Translations under genes and position numbers: made by a program | Part shown: positions 1-15,400 of the stretch, in pieces | Layout of the letters: every line of letters begins with the position of its first letter | How positions within the stretch are numbered: the first letter of the stretch is position 1 | The notes under the pieces: generated by a model | Seen by the model: only the letters and a program-made list of their open reading frames with translations | What the model was told of the DNA's origin: nothing | Database searches by the model: none | Origin: the human T2T-CHM13v2.0 reference genome, Homo sapiens | Length of the DNA: 64,000 nucleotides | Assembly: GCF_009914755.1 (NCBI RefSeq) | Contig: NC_060937.1 | Direction: 5' to 3' (one strand)

Positions 1-59
1 CTCATCGCTTCAGATATTACATACAGACTTACAAATTTTAGCTGCCACTTCAACCACTC

Positions 60-790
60 CCCTGAACACCAAACATATGTATCTAGTCACCTACTCATCT
101 TTAAAATTTTCACAGTTAAGAAGTATCTCAAAATTAAGATGTCAAAAAATCAACTTTCTGATTTCCCACCAAAACCTGCTCCTCCTACATGCTTCCCTAT
201 GCCTCCAGTTGCTCAAGCCAAAAGCCTCAGAATGTGCCTTGACTTGCCTCCCCCATCTTATATCCAAGCCATCAAGGAATTCTGTCAGTTACACTGAAAA
301 AATTAATCCAGCATCCTGCCATTTTAACAATCCCTCTAGTTTTCCATCACTGACACTCTGAGCCACATCAGCTATTATTTGGATGTCTGTAATAGTTTCT
401 TAAGTCCTTGCCAAACAAGGTTTGGTATGTATAGCAGGGGCCTGGGCATTACCTGGGAGCTTATTAGAAATGCAGAATCAGTCCTCATCTTAGGCCTATG
501 AAAATAGAACCTTTATTTAACAAGATTCTCTGTGATTTGTGTGCACAGTAGAATGTGAAAAACTTTATCCTAACTGGTCTTTCTCTTCCTTCTCTAGAAC
601 ATATACATTTCGGTTTCAACATAGCGGCAGCCAGAGCGGTCCTCTTAAAGTGGAAGTGATATTCTGCTTCTCTCCTGCTTAAAACCTTCAGATCTCCCTA
701 TCTCCCTAAAAGCAACAACCAAAGTCCTTCCAGGGGCTACATGAACACCTGCATCGTCTGGAGTCTGCTATGACTCAGCCCTCAATGCCT
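60..790 (+). mobile_element. Degenerate L2 (LINE2) fragment, interrupted by MER5A
   Basis: L2-like motifs: ccaaaacctgctcctcct, ccagttgctcaagccaaaa, cagccagagcggtcctcttaaa, ctcctgcttaaaaccttca. Confidence 0.65.
425..565. mobile_element. MER5A-like hAT-Charlie MITE fragment
   Basis: gcattacctgggagcttattagaaatgcagaatc...ttaacaagattctctgtgatttgtgtgcaca resembles the MER5A core. Confidence 0.75.
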
Positions 791-1104
791 ACAATACTCA
801 TGCATTAAGAACATATTGAGTGGGTATGGAAAGTCTCTAAATCTTCTGGTCCACGCTTTAGCAAACACGTCTCAATATATTCTACTTCTACAGATGAGTA
901 ACTTCATTCTTGATGTTTTGTTTGTACTGATTTCGGTTTTTCACTGAGAAATTGAACTCTACTTTTTCTTGTCTTTAATTTCTGGAAAGCACCTACAAAA
1001 TTTCCCAAACACTGACTACATTCCCCTAAATGCTTTAAAATCGGTAATTTTTTTAGAGACCTTAACTTTTACAGAGTTAATACTAGAATACTTACAAATG
1101 TCAC

Positions 1105-1275
1105 TATATTATGGCCAGGATTTGTATCAAAATAATGGAGGTAGAGGTTCAGGAGTAGACATGAGAAAAGATGAAACAAGATTGGCCATAGGGAAGCTGG
1201 TTGTTAAGTACAGGAAGATTGCTTATGTTTTCCTATCAATTTTTGTGTATGTTAGAAATTTGTTATAACAAAATA
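1105..1275 (+). mobile_element. Old L1M (L1MC/ME-type) 3' end fragment
   Basis: gatgaaacaagattggccat...tttttgtgtatgttagaaattt is typical of L1ME/MC 3' termini. Confidence 0.5.
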
Positions 1276-1387
1276 TATTTTTTAATTTTTTACAAATTTG
1301 TTAAAATAATTTTCTTCTTTCTTTTGATATCTGAATAAAATTATATGATGTTTACATTTCACTTTGGTGGTAAAAATGAACAACTAA

Positions 1388-2009
<622 letters not shown>

Positions 2010-2118
2010 TAATAACTGTCCTTTATGCTTACGATTTTGTGTCTCCCTAAGCTTTTCTAGATTATATATCTTTGATAAAGGCTATTCTTATTAGGTTTTC
2101 TCAACAGCAGATCATCTT

Positions 2119-2494
<376 letters not shown>

Positions 2495-2499
2495 CTAGT

Positions 2500-2919
2500 G
2501 GTATTAGTCCATTCTCACACGGCTATAAAGAAATAACCTGAGATTGGGGAATTTATAAAGAAAGGGGGTTTAAATTGGTTCATGGTTTCATAGGACAAGA
2601 AGCATGATGTTGGCATCTGCTTGGCTTCTATGGAAGCCTCAGGAAGTTTACAATCATGGCAGAAGGTGAAGGAGAAGCCAGCACTTTACATGGCCAGAGC
2701 AGGAGAAAAAGAGGGAGAGTGGGGAGGTGCTACACACTTTTAAACAACCAGATCCCATGACAACTCTATCACAAGACAGTACTAAGGGGATGGTGCTAAC
2801 CCATTCATGAAGGATCCACCCGCCATGATCCAATCACCTCCCACCGGGCCTCATCTTCAACACTCGGGATCATAATTCAACGTGAGACTTAGGCAGGGAC
2901 ACAGATCCAAACCATGTCA
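2500..2919 (-). mobile_element. MST (MSTA/B-like) MaLR solo LTR
   Basis: gtattagtccattctcaca...ggaagtttacaatcatggcagaaggtgaagg...ccaaaccatgtca is the reverse complement of a complete MaLR LTR. Confidence 0.88.
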
Positions 2920-3034
2920 CTCTTTCAGGTAGCACTAAATTTTGAGGAAAATTACTGTTTACAGTTTGTGGAAGAGTAATGATATCCTACCATTTAATGG
3001 ACAGTATTGGACTTTCTCCTTCATTTATTAGATT

Positions 3035-3125
3035 GTTTTCCTGACATAGAATCCAGCACATAGTAGGCACTCAACAAGTATTAGCTGAATAAATTTTTAA
3101 AAAGGAATAAATGAATAAGTGAGCA
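3035..3125 (+). mobile_element. L2 3' terminal fragment
   Basis: ccagcacatagtaggcactcaacaagtattagctgaataaat followed by aatg-type tail. Confidence 0.65.
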
Positions 3126-3271
3126 AATTAATGTTGATGACTGTGTTAAGAAATAAAATTTAATCGAATCTTTCCTGCTGTTGAAATTGCATTATGGCCA
3201 AACAGAATTTTCTCAAATGATTGCATAACAAAGGAAATTTATATTTCTCATCTGGTTAGAATGGCAAACCA

Positions 3272-3633
3272 ATGTTTGTTTCAGGTTGCATTCTCAGAAA
3301 AAGTATTCTTAGATGGAAATTTGCATACAAGAGGTTGGTTGGAAAGTATAAGAGAGAACAGCACCTGTTACAGAGTAAGGGAAGCAGTGTTGGGCAAAAG
3401 GAGACTTTGTACTGTGAGACAGTTGTGCCAGAGGCCTCAGCCACTCCTACCTGGAGTTCCAGAGCTGGAGGGCACTTCAGTTGTTCCCAATCAAGAAAAG
3501 GGAACCAGGACTTTGGATCCCTTTCACAGAGCAGTAATTACTTGTGGACTGCCCCGAATCTCTCCTCCAAGAGCAATGCCTGGAGAGAGGATGAACTGTG
3601 AGCCATCTGCAGCCAAGCTACAATGTCTACTAT
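3272..3633 (-). mobile_element. LTR33 (ERVL) solo LTR, internally deleted
   Basis: gatggaaatttgcatacaagagg...agaggcctcagccactcctacctggagttccagagctgg and terminal tctactata resemble the LTR33 reverse complement. Confidence 0.7.
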
Positions 3634-3994
3634 AATCACCATTTTCATATCCAGTAGAGGAAATTTCACCCAAAAAAGTATTCTATAATTATTTTCTTCT
3701 TTGAAAAACAACTTCAGCTTTTATTTTAGATTAAGGAGGTACATATGCAGGCTAATTAAGAAAGAAAATAATTATTTTTTTTCCAAGTATTTCTCAACAT
3801 GACCTATTCCCTTGCCATATGCTAAATCATTTCTGTGTAAACAGATAGTGAGCTTCTTCTAAAACATGTCCTTCTTCCCTTAAATCTATTATTGTTTTTC
3901 CTTTCTTTTAGGCCTCTTATTCCTTAACCTTATATATTCTTTGTTGTTTTAGTTTGTAAACTTTTTTATTATGGCTAAAGTATACACAATGTAA

Positions 3995-4435
<441 letters not shown>

Positions 4436-4604
4436 CAGAGTTTGGCAGTTCAGTCAACACTTTCTCATAACTTTCCAGCATTGTGCTGCAGCATGGGAGA
4501 CAGAGTGTGGAAAGTGTTGTAGAAAGTTACTAGAGATGGGGATAGAAGAAACAGCATACTAGAAAAGTCAGAGTTAAAGATGTCAAAATGCCAATAAAGA
4601 GGTA

Positions 4605-4921
<317 letters not shown>

Positions 4922-5191
4922 CCCAATAAAGAGATGATTAAAGTCAATGCTGGGAATGAGAGGCTACTCCTATGACTTCGTGGATCAGAGCCCTCTGCTC
5001 CCCTGAACTACCCACACCATCTTATGATTTTGCATGGGAGAGGCAAGTTGCTTTTGTTTATTTTGTTTTCTTTTGTCTCTGTTAAAGCAGTCAATTCAAT
5101 AATTTATTCAGGCAAGAGTGCTGCTGCATCACGGAGATGGTGTAACGGTAATTAATGGGAAGAAACAGCTAAAATTCAACCAGTGTGGGAT

Positions 5192-7532
5192 TGTTTCCAG
5201 GATTTGTTTCAAGATTTAGAGCTCCTTTCAGCAGTTCTTGTAGTGGTGGCTTGGTAGTGGCAAATTCTCCCAGCATTTGTCTGTCTGAAAAAGACTGTAT
5301 CTTTCCTTCATATATGGTGTTTAGTTTCACTGGATACAGAATTCTTGGCTGATAGTTGCTTTGTTTGAGGAGGCTGAAGATTGGGCCCCAATCTGTTCTA
5401 GCTTGTCGGGTTTCTGCTGAGAAACCTGCTGTTAATCTGATAGGTTTTCTTCTATGAGTTACCTAGTGCTTCTGTCTCATAGCTCTTAAGATTTTTTCGT
5501 TCATCTTAACTTTAGATAACCTGAAGACAGTGTGTCTAGGCGAAGATCATTTTGTTATGAATTGTCCAGGTGTTCTTTGTGTTTCTTGTATTTGGATGTC
5601 TAGGTCTCTAGCAAGGCCAGGGAAGTTTTCCTTGATTTTTCCTGCAAATATGTTTTCCAAGCTTTTAGAATTCTCTTCTTCCTCAGGAACACTGATTATT
5701 CTTAGGTTTGGTCATTTAACATAATCCCAGACTTCTAGGAGGGTTTGTTCGTATTTATTCTTTTTTCTTTGTTGGATTGGGTTAATTTAAAGACCTTGTC
5801 TTTGAGCCCTGAATTTCTTTCTTCTACTTGTTCAGTTCTATTGCTGAGACTTTCCAGAGCGTTTCACATTTCTAAAAGTGTGTCCAAAGTTTCCTGAATT
5901 TTTTATTGTTTTTTATTTAAGCTATCTATTTCCTTGAATATTTCTTCCTTCACTTCTTGTATAATTTTTTGGATTTCCTTGCATTGGGCTTTGCCTTACT
6001 CTAGTCCCTCCCTGATTAGCTTAATAACTAACCTCCTGAATTCTTTTTCAGGTAAATCAGGGATTTCTTCTTGGTTTAGACCCATTGCTGGTTAACTAGT
6101 GTGATTTTTGGGAGGTGTTAAAGAGCCCTGTTTTGTCATATTACCAGGGTTGGTTTTGTGGTTCCTTCTTATTTGGATAGGCTCTGTCAGAGGGAATGTC
6201 TAGGGCTGGAGGCTGTTGTTCAGATTCTTTCGTCCCATGGGGTGTTCCCTTGATGTAGTAGTCTGTCCCTTTTCCTGTGAATGTGGCTTCCTGTGAGCCA
6301 AACTGCAGTGATTGTTATCTCTCTTCTGGGTCTAGCCACCCAGCGAGTCTACACAGCTCTGGGCTGGTACTGGGGTTATCTGCCCAGAATCCTGTGATGT
6401 GAACCATCTATGGTTCTCTCAGCCTTGAATACCAGAGCCTGTTCTGGTCCAGGTTTCAGGGGTTGCAATGGACTCCATGAGGTTTCTTAGCTTTGGTGGT
6501 TTAATGCTTTATTTTTGTGCTGGTTGGCCTCCTGCCATGACGTGGCACTTTCCAGAGAGCATCAGCTGTGGTTGTATGGGGAGGAACTGGCAGTGGGAGG
6601 GCCCTAGAACTCCCAAGATTATTTGCCCTTTCTCTTTCACTACCAGGGTGGGTAGGGAAGGAACATCAGGTGGGGGCAGGGCTAGGCATGTTTGAGCTCA
6701 GATTCTCCTTGGCCGGTCTTGGTGCGGCTGCTATGGGGAATGGGAGTGAGATTCCCAGGTCACTGGTTGTGTATCTAGGAAGATTATGGCTGCCTCTGCT
6801 TAGCCATGCAGGTTATCAGAGAAGTGGGGGAAAGCCAGCAGTCACAGGCCTCACTGAGCTCCCACACAAACCAAAGGGTTGGTCTCACTCCCACCGTGCC
6901 CCTCCCAAAAGCCCCCAGTCTGTTTCCAGGCAGAAAGCAATACAGGCTGGAAAACCTGCCCCAGGCTACCACCTCCCAGCTGTGAAAGAAACCAGCTTGG
7001 GTCTTACCCCACCTGTGGAGTTTGCACACCGGATTTGCGCCCTCCCTGGAGTTTTGGCCAGGAGGCTTCTCATCCCGTTCTAATTGTTACTAAATTCAGC
7101 TGGAGATTTCCTTCTCCCTCTGTAGTTTTACCCCCTGCTCCTGTCCCATTGGATCCTTGTGGTGCCAGGCAGGAATGGCCTGCTAGGGGACCCAGGGAGC
7201 TCCCAGGGCCTTTCTGCTGCTTCTTCTACATCTATATTTCGTTCAGCTCTCCAAATTGACTCAGCTCCAGGTAAAGTTGGAAACTTCTCCCACAAACAGA
7301 CCTTCTGCTTCTCCAGTGGGTGTGTGTGTTCGGGAGAGGAGGATCTTCCTTTCCCAGTTCCATACTTGGGGCACTCATAGTTTTGGGGGGATCTCCCAGG
7401 TCCTGCAGGAGGAGTCCACTTCCTTCAAAAGGTCTGTGGGTCCTCTCTGGAGCTAACATTCACAATGTGAGCCCCCACCCGCTGCTCTGTCCGGAGCTGC
7501 AATCTAGTTCTGCCTCCCATCCTCCATGATCG
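5192..7532 (-). mobile_element. L1PB/L1PBa 5'UTR plus decayed ORF1; ORF2 and 3' end absent
   Basis: The minus strand starts atcatggaggatgggaggcagaactagattgcagctcc (L1PBa-type 5' end). ORF1-like sequence runs from about 6190 to 5192 and ends ...gagctctaaatcttgaaacaaatcctggaaaca. Confidence 0.85.
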
Positions 7533-7552
7533 CCAGCATGCTCCCCCATGTA

Positions 7553-8228
7553 ACCATGCTTCATCCTAGGCCTCTGTACCTGTGATGGGAGGGGCTGCCA
7601 CCAAGATCTCTGATATGTCCTGGAGACATTTTCCCCATTGTCTTGGTGATTAACATTTGGCTCCTTGTTAATTATGCAAATGTCTGCAATCAGTTTGACT
7701 TTCTCCTCAGAAAATGGGTTTTTCTTTTCTATATCATCATCAGGCTGCAAACTTTCCAAACTTTTATGTCTGCTTCCTCTTTAAACATAAGTTCCAATTT
7801 CAAACCATCTCTTTGTGAACGCATAAAACTGAATGCTGTCAGAATAATCTAGGTCACATCTTGAATGCTTTGCTGCTTAGAAATTTCTTCCGACAGATAC
7901 CCTAAATCATGTCTCTCAGGTTCAAAGTTCCACAGATCTCTAGGGCAAGGGCAAAATGCCACCAGTCTCTTCGCTAAAGCATAGCATGAATGACCTTTAC
8001 TCCAGTTCCCAATAAGTTGCTCCCTGGACTTTATTGTTTACATCATTATCAGCATTTTGGTCAAAACAATTCAACAAGTCTCTAGGAAGCTCCAAACTTT
8101 CCCACATTTTCTGTCTTCTTCTGAGCCCTCCAAACTGTTCCAACCTCTGCCTGTTACCCAGTTCCAAAGTCACTTCAACATTTTCAAGTTATCTTTCTAG
8201 CAGTGCCCTACTCCCAGTACCAATTTAC
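7553..8228 (-). mobile_element. THE1 (MaLR) internal region, 5' part only
   Basis: cctaggcctctgtacctgtgatgggaggggctgcc...ggagacattttccccattgtcttgg...ctcccagtaccaatttac. Confidence 0.88.
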
Positions 8229-8615
8229 TATATTAGTCTATTTTTGCACTGCTATAAAATTATTGCCTGAGACTTGGTAATTTATGAACAAAAGAGGTTT
8301 AATTGACTTACAGTTCCACATGGCTTGAGAGACATCAGGAAACTTACAATCATGGCAGAAGGTGAATGGGAAGCAGGCACCTCTTCACAAGGCGGCAGGA
8401 GAGACAGAAATTATAAAGGAGGAACTGTGAAACACAAAACCATCAGGACTCGTGAGAATGCACTAATTATCATGTGACTAACATGTGGGAAACTGACACC
8501 ATGATCCAATCACCTCCCTCCTTTGACATGTGGGGATTGCAGGTCCCTCCCTTGAGACATGAAGATTACAACTCAAGATGAGATTTTGATGGGGACACAG
8601 AGCAAAACCATATCA
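8229..8615 (-). mobile_element. THE1 (THE1D-like) 5' LTR
   Basis: tatattagtc...gcaggcacctcttcacaaggcggcagg...ggggacacagagcaaaaccatatca; contiguous with the internal region. Confidence 0.88.
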
Positions 8616-8655
8616 CAAAGTTTGCAAATATATCTGAAATATTGCAGATACAGGG

Positions 8656-8659
8656 GTGT

Positions 8660-8693
<34 letters not shown>
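8656..8693. repeat. (TG)n microsatellite with one interruption
   Basis: Directly visible. Confidence 0.95.
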
Positions 8694-8979
8694 CTATAGA
8701 ACTGCAAAAGGAATGTTTTTCTAGGAATTTTTTATAGGCTGTAGATGTAAGTAAAATAAAAACAAATTAAATTGAACAGATAGTAATAAAAATTGGGGGC
8801 ATAGATTCTATATGTACAAGTTTCATAAATGGTCATTCCACTGTTTTCTAAGAACGTCCTCCACTTATTTAAGCAGGAGTACTTATTCCATACTGTAAAT
8901 GTTGTTTTCTCCAATAGACCCTGAGCTCTGTGGGCCCACCCAGTAACCTCATATCATATGTTCTCAAAGAATATTTACT

Positions 8980-9116
8980 GGGCTGGGCAAAGTAGGTCAT
9001 GCCTGTAATCCCAGCACTTTGGCATGCCGAGGCAGTAGCATCACTTGAGTCCAGGAGTTCAAGACCAGCCTGAGCAACACAGTGAGACTCTGTCTCTTAA
9101 AAGAAAAAGAAAAAAA
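8980..9116 (+). mobile_element. FLAM_C / Alu left monomer
   Basis: Single monomer ending gtgagactctgtctc plus A tail. Confidence 0.85.
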
Positions 9117-9158
9117 TTTAATAGTATTTACTTAATTGTTGAGTAAAATTTCACCCTT

Positions 9159-9255
9159 AATCATGGGCACCCTAGAAGACCAAACCTCACCAATTATTCC
9201 ATATATCCATGTAACAAACCTCCACACGTATCCCCTGAATCTGTAATTTTTTTTT
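9159..9255 (+). mobile_element. Extremely 5'-truncated L1 (L1MA/PB-type 3' tip)
   Basis: ccaaacctcacc...tatatccatgtaacaaacctccacacgtatcccctgaatct; TSD aatttcaccctt at 9147-9158 and 9256-9267. Confidence 0.8.
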
Positions 9256-9829
9256 AATTTCACCCTTCAGATAACATTAGTTCTCGTAAGTGACATCCTG
9301 AAGAAAAAGTTTTTATTGCCTTTTGGTTTTCATACAATTTTATTACTCCTTTATGTAGTTCATGGGGTTTGAATGTTATGACTTTGCTTTGTTTTCTACC
9401 AATTCCAAATCTGTAAAGAGAAATTAGTTACTCATTCCATCGGTTTTGCTATGTAGGAACAAATGAAACAAGATTTCAAAATTTCAAATCATCTAAATCA
9501 AAGCTACTTAAACATCTCAACAAAGTCCAATCCAACCAAAACTGCTGAGTTTTTGCAGTTCTCGTTTCAGTACATGCATAGTCATGAAATGAAAATTAGT
9601 AGTTTCATACAACTCTAATTAGTAACAGTGGTTTATAACTTCTTTGCAAATCTTCTTGCAGCAAGTTTTAGCTTGGTAAGTGGCCAACTAAATTTCAGCT
9701 TGCAAGAACAGGAAGTCTACACTTCTCCTTATAAGCCTGATGGTTCTATCCATGCATGTTACCTATATTCCCCTATTCATGATTGTTATCTTTTATACTT
9801 CTTATTTTTAAAATAGATTTGCTGTTTTT

Positions 9830-11240
<1,411 letters not shown>

Positions 11241-11654
11241 ATATTAATTCCATACTGACAAAATTGTGAGTTGGAGTATCTAAATATATATATTCTTTTC
11301 TAGAACTTATTTACTTTCAAATAGCTATGCAGTCATTAACATTTATATAAGCTTTTATGGTAGATTAAATTAGGAGAGAGACTCTCCCTAAATCATACCA
11401 TTGCACTGGGATTACTGCTTTTATGCATGTGTCAATCTCCCCTACTACATATAATGTCTATGTTGTATTTTGGATACAAAAAGATTAGATTACTATTAAG
11501 GGGAAAAAAAGATTCACAGAAATAAATGAAAATGGTAGAAATTTTCTATGAATTTGTACGGTACTTTCTGCCAAAAATTCACTGCATTTTTTTTAACATT
11601 AGTTTATCTACTTTTAAATATGCCAAAAATAACTAACACATTATAAAATGTCTC

Positions 11655-11826
11655 CTTTTTTGTTTTGTTTGTTTGTTTCAGACAATGTCTCATTCTACTG
11701 TCCAAACTGGAGTGCACTAGTATGATCCTAGTTCACTGCAGCCTCAAAACTCCTGACCTCAAGCGATACTCCTACCTCAGCCTTCAAAAGCGCTGGGATT
11801 ACAGGCACAAGCTACCTAACCCGGCC
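11655..11826 (-). mobile_element. FRAM/FAM-type Alu monomer
   Basis: About 170-bp single monomer in reverse orientation. Confidence 0.75.
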
Positions 11827-11859
11827 AAAATCAGTCTTAAAAATAAAGGCTATTCTCAC

Positions 11860-12495
<636 letters not shown>

Positions 12496-12758
12496 TTATA
12501 ATGCTTTAATGATATAAGCAGGATATAATGTGTTTATTCAAGCCTAGAACCTTAAATTTCTAGTTATGTGATTAAAAATATGCATTTATTCTTTTAAGAA
12601 TTTGTCAATTTTACTGGAAAATTCTAAGGATACTTTTTTAACAGTTCTTTAAACCACAGACACTGAAGTTTTTTTCTGAGAAAAATAATAATACATGTGT
12701 ATTTGACAGTAGACTAAAGTGGGGCAACTTGACACATTTATATTTTCTAAAGACAGGG

Positions 12759-13256
<498 letters not shown>

Positions 13257-14461
13257 TTAATTTATTACTAATCATTTAGGAGGCCATTGTGTTATAAATT
13301 AGATTACTTCAATACACGAAAGAGAATTTAATTGAGAATTTCAAATGAGACCTCTTATAGGTAACAGCCTAATTTGTCATTTGGAAATTCTTGTCCTCCT
13401 TCTTCCCCTAAAAAGCCTTTGCTACACCTTGGGCTTTCTGCAAAGGTTGTTTAAACTGAGGCACGCTGTCCAAGACTCCTCAATCTTACTAAATGTTTTG
13501 TAGAAATATCTTAGCCTTGGATTTTTTTCTATTTTAAAGTAATATCACTAATTTAAAATATCAGAAATATTGTGGAATCTTAATGGTAGTGTACCAATTG
13601 CACTCAGAAATGTTCAATTCTGCCTTAAGATTTGAATACTTATACTTCCAGGAATTTCTTTATGCTTGTTCATTATGAAGTATTTGCTTAGAACCGAATT
13701 ATTTTAGTTAGAGTCCTGGGAGGAAATGTAGATAAATCTTGACAGTCCTGAGAGCTCATGGTTCCATAGCAGCCTGATACCAAAATAGTCTTAAACAAAT
13801 CTCCAAATTGATGAAGAGTCTGTTGGAGAAGCCAATCTTTCTCTTGAAGATATCTTCTAGAACTTTGTATCACAATCATGTTAAGCTCTAATAAAGTTTC
13901 AATGTGCAAGGACATTATACATTCAAATAACTTAGAATTTCCAGAATGGATAATAATTTTAACTTTAAAATAAAACTATTCAGTCATCTGCTAAAGCGAT
14001 TGAAATTATATTACTCCACTTTTTTAAATGAAATTTTAAACTTGTTATAAAATAATTGGAAAAGGGAAATAGAATTTCTGTTGATAAGAAGGTGAATTTT
14101 TAAGTTTTAATATTATCAATTCATGTATTCAGTTCCAAAGAATATGCTAATTATAAAATCCCCTAAAGTAATAAAATAGAAATGATGTGTTTTTATGTCT
14201 CTTTTCCCTTCACCTTTTCCAAGCCCTAAAGCCTGGTATTTTGCTCACCTCTCATAAGAGAGATTTCTTAAAAGTGAGTTATTTGTTTGAGCCTGGTGGG
14301 AAACCCATTACCAATTTACTGTGACTATTAGCTTCATTCTTCTTGATAGTTGCTTAGTCCAGAAATTCTTTGTAAAGAATATTCAACAGTGCAGAAAAGC
14401 AAATCCTTGAGAACAGGGGCTGTTTGTTACCGTAGGACCAATGCCTAGAATGAGACCAGAC

Positions 14462-14582
14462 AAGTAAGTTCTAGTTCTGGTTGCATACCTACTGTATGGC
14501 ATGCATATATGGTATGCATCCAGAACTAGAACTTACTTTGCATACCTACTATATGGTATGCAACCAGAACCAGAACTTACTT
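14462..14582. repeat. 28-bp inverted repeat with a duplicated right arm
   Basis: Arm 14462-14489 is the reverse complement of 14511-14538 and of 14555-14582 (27/28 identity each). Confidence 0.95.
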
Positions 14583-15400
14583 CAACAATTTTTGGAGTGT
14601 AGATCTGTTGAAAACAAATTATCTCAGTTTTTCTTTTTCTGAAAGTTTTTATGTTGCCTTCATCTTGGAAAGATATTTTACTAGGTATAGAATTCAACAT
14701 TGACAGGTTTAGCTTCTTTTTATCACTTTATAGATGTTATTCCATTTTCTTCTGGCTTGCCTAGTTTGCTACTGTCATTTTCATCTTTGTTCTGCTGTAC
14801 ATATTTCTTTTGCCTCCTGCTGATTTGAGATTTTTTTTTTCCATTGTCACTGGTTTTTAGCAGTTTAATTATGATTAGCTTCAGTGTGGGGTTGTTTGTA
14901 TTTATCCTATGCAGTGTCTCTTGAGTTTCTTGGATCTATGGGTCTATAGTTCTCATCAAATAATTTGAAAAAAAATTAATCAATTTTTTTTTTTTTTTTG
15001 AGACAGAGTCTTGCTCTGTCACCTAGGCTGGAGTGCAGTGGCACGGTCTTGGCTCACTGTCAGCTCCATCTCCTGGGTTCAGGCCATTCTCCTGCCTCAG
15101 CCTCCTAAGTAGGTGGGACTACAGGCACCTGCCACCATGCCTGGATAATTTTTTTTTTTTTTTGTATTTTTAGTAGAGACGGGGTTTCACCGTGTTAGCC
15201 AGGATGGTCTTGATCTCCTGACCTCGTGATCTGCCTTCCTTGGACTCCCATAGTGCTGGGATTACAGGTGTGAAAGCCACTGCACCCAGCCTATTAATTG
15301 ATATTTCTTGAAAGGGTTTTTCTGTCCCTTGTCTCTATCTTCTGCCTCTGAGCCTCCAATTACACCTATGTTAGACACTTTATATTACTCAAGGGTAAAT
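14570..15400 (-). mobile_element. Old L1M ORF1-region fragment, interrupted by AluY
   Basis: gtagatctgttgaaaacaaattatctcag; gaaagatattttactaggtatagaattc; cttgagtttcttggatctatggg. Confidence 0.75.
14984..15291 (-). mobile_element. AluY
   Basis: gccattctcc and cgtgttagccaggatggtcttgatctcctgacctcgtgat. Confidence 0.92.

Noticed and set aside
2500-2919. MST LTR as the missing 3' LTR of the THE1 element at 7553-8615
   Set aside because: Different subfamily sequence, no adjoining internal region, and older repeats lie between them.
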